DNA from: a virus
Taxonomy: Duplodnaviria; Heunggongvirae; Uroviricota; Caudoviricetes
Virus record (IMG/VR): IMGVR_UViG_3300046533_001163
Direction: 5' to 3' (one strand)
DNA length: 64,000 nt
Below, piece by piece: positions 31,905 through 43,460 of this stretch. Position numbers and translations under genes: made by a program. Under the pieces are notes generated by a model. It was not told the DNA's origin. It worked only from the letters and a program-made list of their open reading frames with translations, and ran no database searches. Numbering within the stretch: position 1 is the stretch's first letter; every line of letters begins with the position of its first letter.

Positions 31905-32835
31905 GGATTATTCTCTCAAGTATAGTAAAGTTCGTTCAGTCTGTCATATACTTCTTTTTCTTGATATACTTCATCATGAATAGAATCTTCATCCTCATAC
32001 ACACCATCTTCTGTTTCGTCTTCATCTTCATTTTCTAAGAGAGCTTCATATTTTTGTTTAATTTCCTGCTGAAGCTTCTCAAGACCAAGCAAATACTCAA
32101 GCTCAGCCTGCAAAAGAAGACGGCAGTTATGTTCAGTCTGGCCACGACAATAGCCACGATCAATGCCAACTACTTCATCGTCTCTGGCGTCAATCAATCC
32201 GAAATGAATTTTAGGCTTATCGCTCATGATTTGATCCTTTGTAATGGCGCACCGCAATTTTTGCATCTAAGATTTAAAAAATCCATCGTTCGTAATTGCT
32301 GTCTGCAATATGGGCAAAGAATGGCTTTTTTCGTGAAGGTTACTGGCTTTAATGTAGTTCTACCCATTGTTATACCTTATTAAAAGTAATTTGAAAATGT
32401 GTGAGATACCGATCTGCTGGCATACAAGTTTTCCACCCTACATTCTTGAATTGTTCTAGGGCTAATCTAACAGTATCATAATCATAATTACGTGTACGCA
32501 TAATATATGGCGGCTGCTGCGATGCAGGAAACGACCGCAGCCGTGCATCTATCTCGCTCACAAGCCTTCTAATAAGCCATTCACGATGAGCATTATCGCC
32601 CATATACTTGGTTCCCCACTCATACGGCTGAGTGCCCATTTCAGATGGCTTAATAAGATTCATACTTTTTCTTTCAGCATTTTTAGTTTAAATTTAGCCT
32701 TATCATACTTTGCCTTTGTCCCGGCATACTCTTCGGCAGAAACATTAGCTTTATAATTAACTGAATCAAGCCGCTTCTTGAGGAAGGCGACATATCCTTC
32801 CTCCAATTCAACAGCGGATTTATGATGTTCTTTTT

Positions 32836-33027
32836 TCATTGCATTTCACTAAGAGTAAAAAATGCATCGCCAACTTTGCTGATGAGATAATGAGCTAATT
32901 GTTTTCGTTGCCAGATACTCATACCGGCAATTTCATCCCCTAATTTTTGAATATCATCGCCGTCAAAAGACGTTCCAATGACAGGATTATTAGGAGGAGG
33001 ATTGAGCGCCTCTAATGTTTCAGGCAT
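32836..33027 (-). CDS. Protein resembling the ribosomal bL12 N-terminal dimerisation domain only
   Basis: IQKLGDEIAGMSIWQRKQLAHYLISKVG resembles recalled bL12 N-termini (LGD.I..xT/S..Q.K.L..YL); no bL12 C-terminal domain. Confidence 0.5.
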   Translation of the reverse strand: MPETLEALNPPPNNPVIGTSFDGDDIQKLGDEIAGMSIWQRKQLAHYLISKVGDAFFTLSEMQ

Positions 33028-33343
33028 TGCCAAACTCAGAATCATCTTTGTCATCGGGACCATAGGTATTTCTAAACTTGCATAATTTAGTAATCACTTT
33101 TGCACACGACATATAGGCCAATGCCGTTAGAACAATTATCCACAAACAAGCAGAAGGAATGAAAGTAATAGGAGAAATAATCCAAAGAAAAATCAACATC
33201 CCCCGACGCTTAAGGCATTCTTCATTCTTGTCTATAAAGTAATTATAGAAATACAGCATTCCTAACAACAGATAGGAAATGATGACGTATTTCATCACAA
33301 AATCGGCACTAATGTACATGATTGTTCCTTTAGGGTGATGCTT

Positions 33344-33356
33344 TATGGATAACTAT
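33344..33356 (-). promoter_or_regulatory. ATAGTTATCCATA motif copy
   Basis: 12/13 match, 24 nt before ATG at 33319. Confidence 0.7.
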
Positions 33357-33566
33357 TATTGCTTGGAATGCTCAAAATGCTTATCGTGTGATTCAAAGCA
33401 ATGAAAAACGTAAGGTAGATTTGTATTTTCATTTAATTGATCGAAATGAATCTCGTTGAGATTTTCCAGTCTGATTCTTCGCATGATAGGCTACATTCAT
33501 CTTGATGTTCGCATTCTTTGCTTAATTTTTAAAAGCCGTCCAGTTTTTAGACTAGCTTACGTTGTT

Positions 33567-33833
33567 TTAGATTAGCTCAACTTCTATCGGCTGAACTTCG
33601 ATTCTATTTTCAAAATCAGCCATAAACCTTCTAAGAACTCTGGGTGTCACGAATTGCTTTTCGTCTATCTGAATATAAAATCCACCAGCGAAAATCTTAG
33701 TCCCTTTCGGAACTACGTCCTTAATTGCCAAGGCAGTAGGACAAGTACTGGTCCCTCTTCTGCTGCCTTTAGCGATATGTTTTTCTGTGATGGAGAATTT
33801 CATGCTTGTCGCCATGCCCGAAAATGAATCCAA
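33567..33833 (-). CDS. Hypothetical protein, paralog of 20339-20632
   Basis: ITEKHIAKG...CPTALAI. Confidence 0.5.
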   Translation of the reverse strand: MDSFSGMATSMKFSITEKHIAKGSRRGTSTCPTALAIKDVVPKGTKIFAGGFYIQIDEKQFVTPRVLRRFMADFENRIEVQPIEVELI

Positions 33834-34027
33834 CTAGCCATTCTAAAAATGGCATACGGCAGGATAAACGGAAACGTAACAGGCGAAAGAATAAAAAATC
33901 TAGCCCATTGATCTTCATTTTTGGCACAGCCACTTCTGTAGGCCGAAAGCCAAATTAAGCCGCATACAATGTAAGAAATAACAAAGTAGTATGGATCGCA
34001 GTAGACCTCAATTTTCGGCATCATGAT

Positions 34028-34396
34028 TTACTCCTTATCTCTCAAGGCTTCTACAAGGCATTTTGCTGTTGCTTGATTAGTGGCGCATGGCAAATTAGAG
34101 ATATCCACGATTCTTAAAAAAGCGCTTACGTCATGTTCGTGAGGCTGAGGCGACATATGGTCCCGGAAAAAAAATACAGCATCTAGCTCTTTACGACTAG
34201 CCATTGCAGCCAAAACAATATCCCCTCCCAATGGACCATGCTCCACTTTTTCACAGCTAATACCATATCGGACTAAAACATCGCCGGTGCTCCTAGTTGC
34301 AATAAGTTGATGCTTTGCAAAAAATGGACTGTGAAACATAACAAATTGCAACAATGCCTCTTTCATTCCATCATGAGCAACAACTGCGATTTTCAT
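34028..34396 (-). CDS. mgsA: Methylglyoxal synthase (start re-called at MKIAVVAHD)
   Basis: IAVVAHD.MK, LIATRSTG, GPLGGD, FFFRD...PHEHDV..FLR..DI.N.PCATN.ATA. Confidence 0.92.
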   Translation of the reverse strand: MKIAVVAHDGMKEALLQFVMFHSPFFAKHQLIATRSTGDVLVRYGISCEKVEHGPLGGDIVLAAMASRKELDAVFFFRDHMSPQPHEHDVSAFLRIVDISNLPCATNQATAKCLVEALRDKE

Positions 34397-34914
34397 ATCC
34401 CTTCTCCGAAATGAATTTGCTGCGCAATTAAATTTTTTCTTCCCTCGTTTCGCAAATCCATCCACATACAACCTACAACATTTTTGCCGAACCATTCACC
34501 ATTAATAAATGCAGCTCCCCAAAACAAGCCTCTTCCACATTTTTGAATATTCTTTACTCTATTTGTACAATCTTCGATAATTATGGAATCGCCGGTTGCT
34601 TCCAGCCATTCATTTAAGTGATGGTGTTGACTTAATTTTAATCTCATCCCTAATTTCATATTCCATAAATCTACAGCGCCCATCGGCTCAACAACCATTT
34701 TGTCCGCATTGCGTTTGGCTACAAACTTAACGGCCATTGGCGAACGCTGTGCAACTATCTCTTTTTTAATATTTTCGTCAGCGAAACGAAGCCACTGAAA
34801 CAAATGCTCATTCGTTCTGAAAGTGATGCCTTCATGAACAATCGGGAAGCCAGACATATTCCCCAACCAACCATTGGGAAGCTTGGATTTCGTAAATGTG
34901 GTGAAGGTTGGCAT
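34393..34914 (-). CDS. NADAR (YbiA-like) ADP-ribosyl/N-glycosidase
   Basis: WLGNM, F.T.EHLFQ..RF, LK..QH, L.ATGD..IIE, FWG, G.N.VG...M.LR. Confidence 0.85.
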   Translation of the reverse strand: MPTFTTFTKSKLPNGWLGNMSGFPIVHEGITFRTNEHLFQWLRFADENIKKEIVAQRSPMAVKFVAKRNADKMVVEPMGAVDLWNMKLGMRLKLSQHHHLNEWLEATGDSIIIEDCTNRVKNIQKCGRGLFWGAAFINGEWFGKNVVGCMWMDLRNEGRKNLIAQQIHFGEGI

Positions 34915-34921
34915 GGATTCC

Positions 34922-34934
34922 TATGGATAACTAA
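34922..34934 (-). promoter_or_regulatory. TTAGTTATCCATA motif copy
   Basis: Exact copy, 7 nt before the NADAR ATG. Confidence 0.75.
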
Positions 34935-36031
34935 TTATTTCTTAGCAGTAGGAATTTCAATCAGCCGAACGCTGTCCCACGAATCAGGAACAAACCAAGA
35001 AATGAAAAATCGCTTGTTGTTGATGTGATATGTTGCGATTTCCTGATTTTTCTCAGCCACCTTTCCAAGAATACTGGACGCGGCAGGAGAAGTTGGATCA
35101 ACTTTACTTAAATCAGAGCGAAGCTGTTCAATAGCGGCTTGTTCGCCCGTAAAATTAATCTGTTCCACACCGCCTATTATACAGGCAAAAAACAATACAA
35201 GGCATATAACACAAGTGAAAAGAATTTCGCCTTCTGTGAAGTCTTTCATGGTTTCACTTTCTGATTGATTGGTCTATGATTGTTTGGATGAATTTATATA
35301 AGCAAATACAAAAACCAGCAAACCAAATCATGGCTATAATACCCTCCAGACAAAACCATCCCATCTCTTCTGCTAAAATAAAACTCATAACTTTTACCTT
35401 TCCTTTACCGGAGTATCTTTGACCTTGCTGATTTCCAAGTCAAGCAAATCCGCAAGCTTCCTTAAATGATCCGATGACATTATGGCCCCAGACAACTGGA
35501 ATGTTGCCGAATTAGTGTAGGAACACAAGGTTAATTCTTGCGTAATAAAAACATCACGGTCACCGTCTATCAGCGGAAGAGTCTCGTGAATATCGGTAGT
35601 TAAAATTAACTGTTCCCCCCCGTTTGATGTTTTATTAAAGGCATAAGACAATCTTTTTTTTACTACTGATGGCATTTTTTACCTTTCGCTCCAAGGTGAT
35701 GGATGAACACAATCATTGCAACCGGCGCAATAAACGCCATTTTTATTGTTCCCGCCAAAATAACCGCAATCATCAAACTGAAGATTAATCTTCCCGCAAT
35801 GACCGCAAGGCGTTAGATTCGCATCATATTCGCACGCTCTAACTAAATAATATATCTCGCCATTAACTGCATAATCTCCAACATATCCTAATAAAAAATC
35901 TGGACTTACATTTGTGTTAAAGTTTTTTTCTACACATTGAATTGAGCGTTCTCTAATTAAGTTCCTAAGCTGATATACTGTCATCCCCCAATACCTAGCA
36001 ATAGAATCAAAGCATTTCTTATCTTTTTTAC

Positions 36032-36823
36032 TTAACTTATTGAAGTGCATATGAATTCCCTACGCAATTCTAGAACTACATCTTTGACTTCTTGACCATT
36101 GATAATAATTAATTGCTTTCTGAAAAACTCAACTGCTGCACCAATCGCTGGCCCTACGCGGTCAATTAATATCTTGTCTAAAATTGAAGACTTAATCTGT
36201 TCTTTAATTTGCTCTTTTGCTATACTTGTTTTCGGAATAAACTGCTCTAAAAAAGTTCTTTCGTTCTTTAATCTTATCAGATTATATCTACCCAAATATT
36301 TTCTCGGCACTAATGATGCTTCTCTATTTAAGCCTATATGCTTTTTCACAACTTCAATAACGACTTCATCTGTAATTGGATGTATATTTTGTTGCTGGCA
36401 ATCCGATAATATCAACCTAAGTAATCCAAGACAACTCGCCCTATGCATCATTGCGTCTTGTATTATAATTCTTATCTTTTCTATAAGAGATAAGTCTTTT
36501 CCTATACACTCCAATAATTGCCCGCCGAATGATCGTAAATTTTTAATATAGTAGCTTAACTTCTCGTCTTCCTCTTCCGCCCTACGTGAGTTACACTTTC
36601 TACAAGATAATACTGTTCTAGGCTCCCATGTCGGATTTGGCTTTAAGCGCTTGGCAAAGTTTAATCTTGAATTCAAGTGGTCAATAGTAGCGTCCTGCTC
36701 TTGTCTATTAATTTCTTTTGCGAGACTTGGCCTTAATGTGGTTGGCTTTTCACACCAATGACAACGCGGATCTAGTCGGTGTAAGCGCTCTAAACGCCTG
36801 CGGAGTCGGCGACTTTGGTGCAT
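36032..36823 (-). CDS. HNH-like nuclease domain fused to a GatB/YqeY-like domain
   Basis: CHWC...ATIDHL...SCRKCN; then LSLIEKI...DAM...LRLILSD...ITDEVVIEVVKK...E..FLEQFIPK. Confidence 0.55.
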   Translation of the reverse strand: MHQSRRLRRRLERLHRLDPRCHWCEKPTTLRPSLAKEINRQEQDATIDHLNSRLNFAKRLKPNPTWEPRTVLSCRKCNSRRAEEEDEKLSYYIKNLRSFGGQLLECIGKDLSLIEKIRIIIQDAMMHRASCLGLLRLILSDCQQQNIHPITDEVVIEVVKKHIGLNREASLVPRKYLGRYNLIRLKNERTFLEQFIPKTSIAKEQIKEQIKSSILDKILIDRVGPAIGAAVEFFRKQLIIINGQEVKDVVLELRREFICTSIS

Positions 36824-37986
36824 TCTGCTGGTTCCGGTATATCAATGCTTTCATCCGTAAAATCTTCTATGTCAAAGTCAGCCTTCAACGCCTTGCCTCT
36901 TGATGACAACCATACTACCACATCTTTGTTATCTTGTGGATTTTTTTTAGTGTTATAAAACCTCATCCAAAATCTATCCTTGCCCATTCGCTCCATGTGA
37001 AACGAACATCTAGAAGCAGAATCAGATACAACAATTTCGTCTAAATCACCGTGCTTATCAAGACGGATTAATAGATTACCGACCCTTATTTCTTTTGTCA
37101 TTATTTTTCTTACCTTTAATTGGTTTTTTAACGGGCGGCTTTCTAGGGGCTGCCGGCCTTCTAGACCCACCATGAAACATATTAAATAAATCATTATAAG
37201 TCATATACGTTATTCCTTCTGACTGACGGGGAGCCTCAGCCTGCTGTACTCCTCCTTCGCCAGACTCGCGCTCTTCTGCTGCTTGCATGCCCCGCTCAAA
37301 ATCGGAAGCTTGCTGTGCTGGAGCTGATCTACGTTGGTCGGTCTTCTTTGGTGTATTCCCATTAATCATGACATTTACATACTCTGTTGATAACTTCTTA
37401 ACGTCAATTACGCGAGTGTCAACCGAAAACACCCAAGGCTCATTGTAGTATTGCCCTCCACCATTAACATGCAATCGCACTGCAATGAAAGGCAGTTCAA
37501 TCGCCTTAATTTCCATTACAGATCCATATAATCCAGTATCGTTGTTGGTAGCAGTAATAAACATGCCAACGTCTAAATCGTCGGCGCGAGTGATGAACGG
37601 ACTTGACATTATTCTCTCCTCAGGAGCAATGATTCTACCTTGCACTTCAAGGCATCAACCTCTTCCACATGCTCAAGATGATACTTCTTCATCAAGTGAG
37701 AAATCTGGTTGACGGCCGCAGTGTTATGGCAGTTTCTTTCAAGAAATTCCAATGCAACTAAGGCAAGGGAAACTTCTTTTCTATTGAACTTCATTATTAG
37801 TGCCTGAGTTCCTCAAAGGAAATATAAAGTGCAGCAATAATGCAGGAAATAGCCGGGATAAGACATTCGGTATTTCCACTGCTAACCATAATCATACATC
37901 TCGTAAACGAGATGCCTAAAAAAACTAAAAGTAAAGTGCGGAAAAAGGCATGCGAAAGTCGTAGAAAGGTTTTCATGATGGTTCCT

Positions 37987-37999
37987 TATGGATAACTAA
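37987..37999 (-). promoter_or_regulatory. TTAGTTATCCATA motif copy
   Basis: Exact copy in the 3' end of the upstream gene, 10 nt before ATG at 37976. Confidence 0.75.
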
Positions 38000-40521
38000 G
38001 TTTCGAAAGGATGTTAAAATTTGATCATATTCATACGTAGCCGAATTTCTTTCACTGTTTACCCATTCCGTAACCCACTGAATGGCCTTCGCCATATTCT
38101 CTTCTGTGATTGCGTCATAAGTCACCCAGCCATACTCGTCATCTATCGTATAGCCAAACTCATGCCCATAATACGTTCTGCAAAATTTAAACTCAGCAAT
38201 ACTGTTATGGTGATACAAGCCTTTTTGATGCTTATCAGGAGTAAACCCCCACTTAGTTAAGAAATCATGATCTGCTTGTGAAATGCCTTCTGGTAGATTC
38301 ATGATTTCGCATTCCACAAAGAATTTTCAATGCAGGCTAATTCTTCGACGGCTCTTTTATGATGTAGAAGAATTTCATTAGTATCATAAAGGCAGGATTT
38401 CATGATTTGCCTGATTGCCCAAGCTACGGTGCGACTGGTAATTTTTCTTATAAAAGTATTTACTTTGGGAAATTCTGGTGAATAATAATCAAGACAAAAG
38501 TATTCTTCTTCCCAATGCTGGCACGCAAAATGCATGCCTTTAATAGTTTTATGTCTGATGTTTATAACCTTAATGTCAGCATCAGGCAGGCCGACCTCAT
38601 CATTCTTATAAAGATAAATTGGATCACCAAATCCAAACTTATGCAGAATAGCAATTTGTCTGCTGGTAAGCTTCTTCACTGTATCTCTACCCCGTTACGG
38701 AGCCACAAATTCCACTGAATCATTTCTAATCGTCTTTTGCGGATACGACGATATTCTTCTCTGGTAATCAGATCATCGCTTTTCATAAAACGATGAACAT
38801 AACAATCTCGTAGCACGGTTCTATCCGCTATATCAAGACGGGTGTCATTTAATAAATCAACAACTTCTTCATACTCTTGCTCTGTTATCTCACCTGAATC
38901 ATTTAACTTGATTGCTGCTAAAAAAGCAAGAAAGCACAAAATTAAAAATGCCGAAATTATATAACAAGCCTTATTTGAATCAGACATTTTTGTTTCCTTA
39001 AGCGACAAAGAATCCGAAAAAGTCAATAGCATCAGACAAAACAAGAGTTTGCTTTGGAATCATTTCATCCAGATACTCTTTCGCTTGCTTTTTAATTAAT
39101 GAAAATCCTTTTTCCACATTCTCTTTAGTCAGTTCATGAAAATGATCGGGCCAGCCGTCTGGCCCAAGCTTAATACCGCCAGCTATGGAAAGCCAAACTG
39201 ACCAGCCAGTTGCAGATGTATGCCTAATTAAAAGACCATCAAGACTCTTGTGCCTGGATTCATCGCTTAACCATCCGATGGGACGCTCAATGCGATTAAA
39301 GCCGAAGTCCGATAATACCTGCTGCTCTTGATCGGTCAAAATCCTTTCATTAACCTTCATCATTTTTCACCCATGCCCTAGAAGCAAAACGGAAATAAGG
39401 CCACATCCTACCATGATAAGAAGAAGAAAAACGCGAATAAAAAATTCTCTTTTCAACTGCTTGCTCATGATTGATCCCCGTTGCTAGTGGAAAAACAAAC
39501 TTGCAACGGTTATTGTATCAGTTTTTTACAGTAAAAGTCAAGAGTAGGTTGGAACTATCTTGAGTTGTTTCATGATGCTCTTCAGAATGAGTTATCGGTT
39601 GCAAAGATTCGGCCCAAGCGATCAGTTCTTTTTCTTGTTTCTTAGCAATCTTATATTGCGTTTTCATATCTTCTTTATAAGCGACTTTGTGTCCAGGATA
39701 AGTCATTACAGCTAAAACCGGGTAACTGCAAGCAAAAATTTTACCGAATGTAATCCAATTTTCATAACTTGCTTCAGCAATAAAGCAAGCGACAAAAGGC
39801 ATTCCTAATATGCATACTGTCCCCCACCAGAATAATGGGAACAGCAAGGCGCAGATTATCGGCGGGAAAGGTTTCACGATCAAATTATCCTAGGAAGTCT
39901 ACCGGCGATGAGCCTTTCGATCCAAATCCTCAACAGAAACCAAATCCCCTTTGAGCGTAGATTTAGGCTCTTCGTGGCCATTGAAGAATCGGATCATGCC
40001 TTCGTATTCTCGAACGATAACCCATTCTTCCGAGGGCCATGTAAAACGATACCACCAGTAACGAACTACGCCAGTCATCATATCCCTTTTTCATCGTGGA
40101 AATTTGATTATGGCTGCACAGATCGCCAATGGCATTGTTTCTTCTTCTGATAAAACTTCAGTACCACCATCATCATAATTATTTATTACTCTCCATCCAT
40201 CAAATTTGGAACTAACAGCAAGATATGCCGCTCTTTTTGTAGCCGCAATCCAATCAACAATAATCTTCTGTGCAGCATTTGCATCCGACGAAAACTTAGG
40301 CAAAGCATCAAGTGCGGCTTGCTCTGATCGGAAGAATTTGCCTCCTAACGGAAGATTATCCCAGCTAGTACTTTTGATAGGCTTATTATCCTTCCAAGCC
40401 CAATAAGGATAATCTTGTGGCCACATTGAACGTGCAGGATTATATTCAACACATTCCAACCGCCATCCAATGGCTTTGGCAACTTCACGATCAATTTCAG
40501 GTGATGCAATCATGTTGGTCC

Positions 40522-40534
40522 TATGGATAACTAT
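40522..40534 (-). promoter_or_regulatory. ATAGTTATCCATA motif copy
   Basis: Directly after the NAMPT stop, 8 nt before ATG at 40513; flank identical to the copy at 45388. Confidence 0.75.
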
Positions 40535-41979
40535 TAAAGATAGCTCTTAACTCTTTCTCTGATTTCAGAGAGAGTATATTCTTTAGTTATCTTACCATCG
40601 CGGAACACGGTTTCCAGATATCCGCCAGCCGCTTCTTCCTTAGTGGCGTTATCCTTAGTAAAGAATTGACCATTCTCATCCTTGTCAAGTCGCATCAATC
40701 CCTTATGCGATTTTTTCTTGTGGTCTGTAATTGGGTCTTTTTCAATATCTCTAGATTCACCATTAACAACAACATTGGTTGCCTTGATGGCAAATCCGAA
40801 AGTGTCTCTGGAGTGATTGCGGAGGATACCGCCGACGCCGATAGTGAGGTTAGATGCGGCATAACCCATGTTCTTGAGACGAGACAGCGTTCGCTCATAT
40901 CGCTCATAGTACATTCCATCACCGTAAATCAATCCAATTTTAGGATTGAGAATTCGGTATCCCTTCTTATTAATAGTGCTGCCAAATTTCATGTCAAGAA
41001 GACGGATAGCTCCAAGGAATTCAGGTGTGCCGAACTTGGCTGACGGATCGCCACAGATAATATATTCTGGATTTCCACTATCGGGACGGAATACAACTTT
41101 ACCGTCTCTGGAGAGGATGCGTGATTTAAGTTTTTCGGCGAAATCGGTTAATACAGTCCAGACGTTGTAGGTGTCTGAAACCACGGAACAGATTCCAGTC
41201 GGATAAAGATCAAGCATGTGATTAAATGCAGCCAATTCATCTTCTCTTCCGAAACTACACATTACAGAATGTTCAGATGCATTAGCGCTTAACATAATTG
41301 GACTATTTAAATCAGCATTATAATACCTGTTTAAAAAATCAAACGATAACATCGTATCACTTCCAAGGTGATTAATCAAATGTGCTCCACCAGAAACATA
41401 TGCGCTTTCTTCGGTATCGCAACCACGATATCCAAAGTCTACTGCGGTTAAATCCTTAAGAAAATACATGTCCTCATCAACCGTCTCGTTAAAGTATTGC
41501 TCAATTAAAGTTCTATACTTAAAACTATGAGTCGCTACAGTAGTTAAAAACCAAATCTTAAGCAGCAAGCTTTCCACAAATCCTACTGCCCAATGGAAAT
41601 CATCTTTTGTATTAGCGACAGTCATTAAGGCATTTCTAATACTTATCACAGAGCCTTCTACAGGCGCTTTAATTTCCAAAGGCCAGTAACCTAACTTACA
41701 CAAATCTCTAATTTTATTTTCAACAGTTCTACTGTTGCTTCCAAGAATATGTTTTCTAATAAAAAGAAACTCTTCTCCCATTTCTGGAGTAATAGGTTTC
41801 ACAAGATACTTTTTAAGGTAATACTGAAGACCAAAAAACAATGTCCTATCCCACAGACGATCATTGTTTCTGGCAGTTAGATAAGAATAAACGTATGATG
41901 TTCCTGGGCAATATTGCTCTAGATGACCTGTCTTATAGATGTCAGTTCTTCGGAGAATGTTCTCTTCAAGTAGTTCCAT
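40534..41979 (-). CDS. nadV: Nicotinamide phosphoribosyltransferase family (NAMPT/NadV; possibly NARP1 Namat)
   Basis: TDIYKTGH, FFGLQYY, DFGYRG, SEHSVM, SVVSDTYN, RPDSG, IYGDG, GVGG, RDTFGFAIKAT, KDPITD..KKSHKG. Confidence 0.93.
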   Translation of the reverse strand: MELLEENILRRTDIYKTGHLEQYCPGTSYVYSYLTARNNDRLWDRTLFFGLQYYLKKYLVKPITPEMGEEFLFIRKHILGSNSRTVENKIRDLCKLGYWPLEIKAPVEGSVISIRNALMTVANTKDDFHWAVGFVESLLLKIWFLTTVATHSFKYRTLIEQYFNETVDEDMYFLKDLTAVDFGYRGCDTEESAYVSGGAHLINHLGSDTMLSFDFLNRYYNADLNSPIMLSANASEHSVMCSFGREDELAAFNHMLDLYPTGICSVVSDTYNVWTVLTDFAEKLKSRILSRDGKVVFRPDSGNPEYIICGDPSAKFGTPEFLGAIRLLDMKFGSTINKKGYRILNPKIGLIYGDGMYYERYERTLSRLKNMGYAASNLTIGVGGILRNHSRDTFGFAIKATNVVVNGESRDIEKDPITDHKKKSHKGLMRLDKDENGQFFTKDNATKEEAAGGYLETVFRDGKITKEYTLSEIRERVKSYL

Positions 41980-41991
41980 GATTTTTCCTTT

Positions 41992-42807
41992 TTAGGTTAG
42001 TGATTCAGCATTATACGGCCACTGCTTCTTATAATACTCTTCTTTGCTATAATATTTTCCATTAATATAATATTCACAATACCCGTTCATCTGATTTATA
42101 AAAGCAGGACCGTCCAAACGATGTAATACTCCATTCCGATACCACTGACTAATTTTTCCCTTAAGAACAGCAGGGCCAGCAAGCCTGTGTCGGCGGCCAT
42201 CAACCCACCACTCCATATCGCTATTCGGATAAATAATAGCAGGTCCATTTTCCCGATGCAACTGCATCTTGTTATTAGACCAAGTTTGAACTCCGTCAGA
42301 ATCAACATGAGGAGAAACTATTTTATTAAACTCTTCCTCGGTATACCTCTGCCCTCTTACTCCCCATATCTTAGTGCCGTTGGAGATTTCAATAGCTGGA
42401 CCGTCTAACCGATGCAGCATGTTATTCTGAAACCAATACTTATCTCCATTGGTGTAAATAATAGCTGGCCCACTTTCGCAGTGAAGATCGCCATTAGCCT
42501 TTGTATGGTAAATAGGGTTTTGTAACGGTAGAGCTAATTGCTTCTTGTATTGCCCCCATTCTTCGTCTCCTGCATAAACATAATCGTAAATTGATGTATC
42601 AACTCCATTTTCAAGCCTTTGCTCAACTTTTTTACAAACTTCTGCGCCTATACTCTCAATCTTTTTCCATGCTTCATCACCTAAAGCATAAGAATCTTTA
42701 TTAGGCAAAACAACAGGCTGCGCAACTTCCGCCTTCGCTTCATCCGCTCGGATGAACGGCAAAGCAAAAACAGCAGAGATTGATTTCAGGAAGCTTCTAC
42801 GGAACAT
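41992..42807 (-). CDS. Tat-leader HRxDGPA-repeat protein
   Basis: MFRRSFLKSISAVFALPFIRADEAKA; 5 repeats. Confidence 0.78.
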   Translation of the reverse strand: MFRRSFLKSISAVFALPFIRADEAKAEVAQPVVLPNKDSYALGDEAWKKIESIGAEVCKKVEQRLENGVDTSIYDYVYAGDEEWGQYKKQLALPLQNPIYHTKANGDLHCESGPAIIYTNGDKYWFQNNMLHRLDGPAIEISNGTKIWGVRGQRYTEEEFNKIVSPHVDSDGVQTWSNNKMQLHRENGPAIIYPNSDMEWWVDGRRHRLAGPAVLKGKISQWYRNGVLHRLDGPAFINQMNGYCEYYINGKYYSKEEYYKKQWPYNAESLT

Positions 42808-42995
42808 TTTTCTTGACCCTCGGTTTCTTTTCTTCCAGATCGCAAAGAGCTACCGTCATGTAATCGCCAAATCGGGACTCTACAACAGCTTCATCGCCTT
42901 CAATGCGAGTCAGCTTCACGAAATTACCATTGAAGTCATATTCTTTATTAATTTCATACTTTCTCTTTACTTTTAAATCAAATTTCATGATCGGC

Positions 42996-43460
42996 TCACA
43001 GATAATAAACAGTTACCGGAATTCCCGCCTTGACCCAACAATCATTAATTAGTTCTTTGATAAACTCCCAGTTGCCGCCAGCTAGTCCAGCACCAAATCT
43101 CGGGCAAACGATTTCAAATTTCCACGGAAGCCTGGCAACTCCAGTCATGCAATAAACCAAATGGTTATAATACAAGTCTCGTACATGTGGTCTTTTTCCG
43201 CTTAACGTTTGGCCAACCATATGGGCAATCGCTATATTTTTATCAACTTGAGTTCTCCATAACTGACCCATCTCAAGACAACCGCTACTTGACCACCCAA
43301 GATAATCTTGCTTCGCTTGTGGAAACGACTTAGCCAATGGTAAAACAAATCCACTTGCCCACTTGCCTTTATCGTTAACCACATGAGGGATTACAACATG
43401 CCCCTTTTCGGTATGCTTTGGCAAATGCTCAAACAAATCGCCTTGAATTTCATTAAACAT
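42996..43460 (-). CDS. Macrodomain (Poa1p/DarG-like ADP-ribose processing)
   Basis: EIQGDLF, IPHVVND.G.W.SGF, IAHMVGQ, CPRFGAGLAGGNW. Confidence 0.85.
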   Translation of the reverse strand: MFNEIQGDLFEHLPKHTEKGHVVIPHVVNDKGKWASGFVLPLAKSFPQAKQDYLGWSSSGCLEMGQLWRTQVDKNIAIAHMVGQTLSGKRPHVRDLYYNHLVYCMTGVARLPWKFEIVCPRFGAGLAGGNWEFIKELINDCWVKAGIPVTVYYL

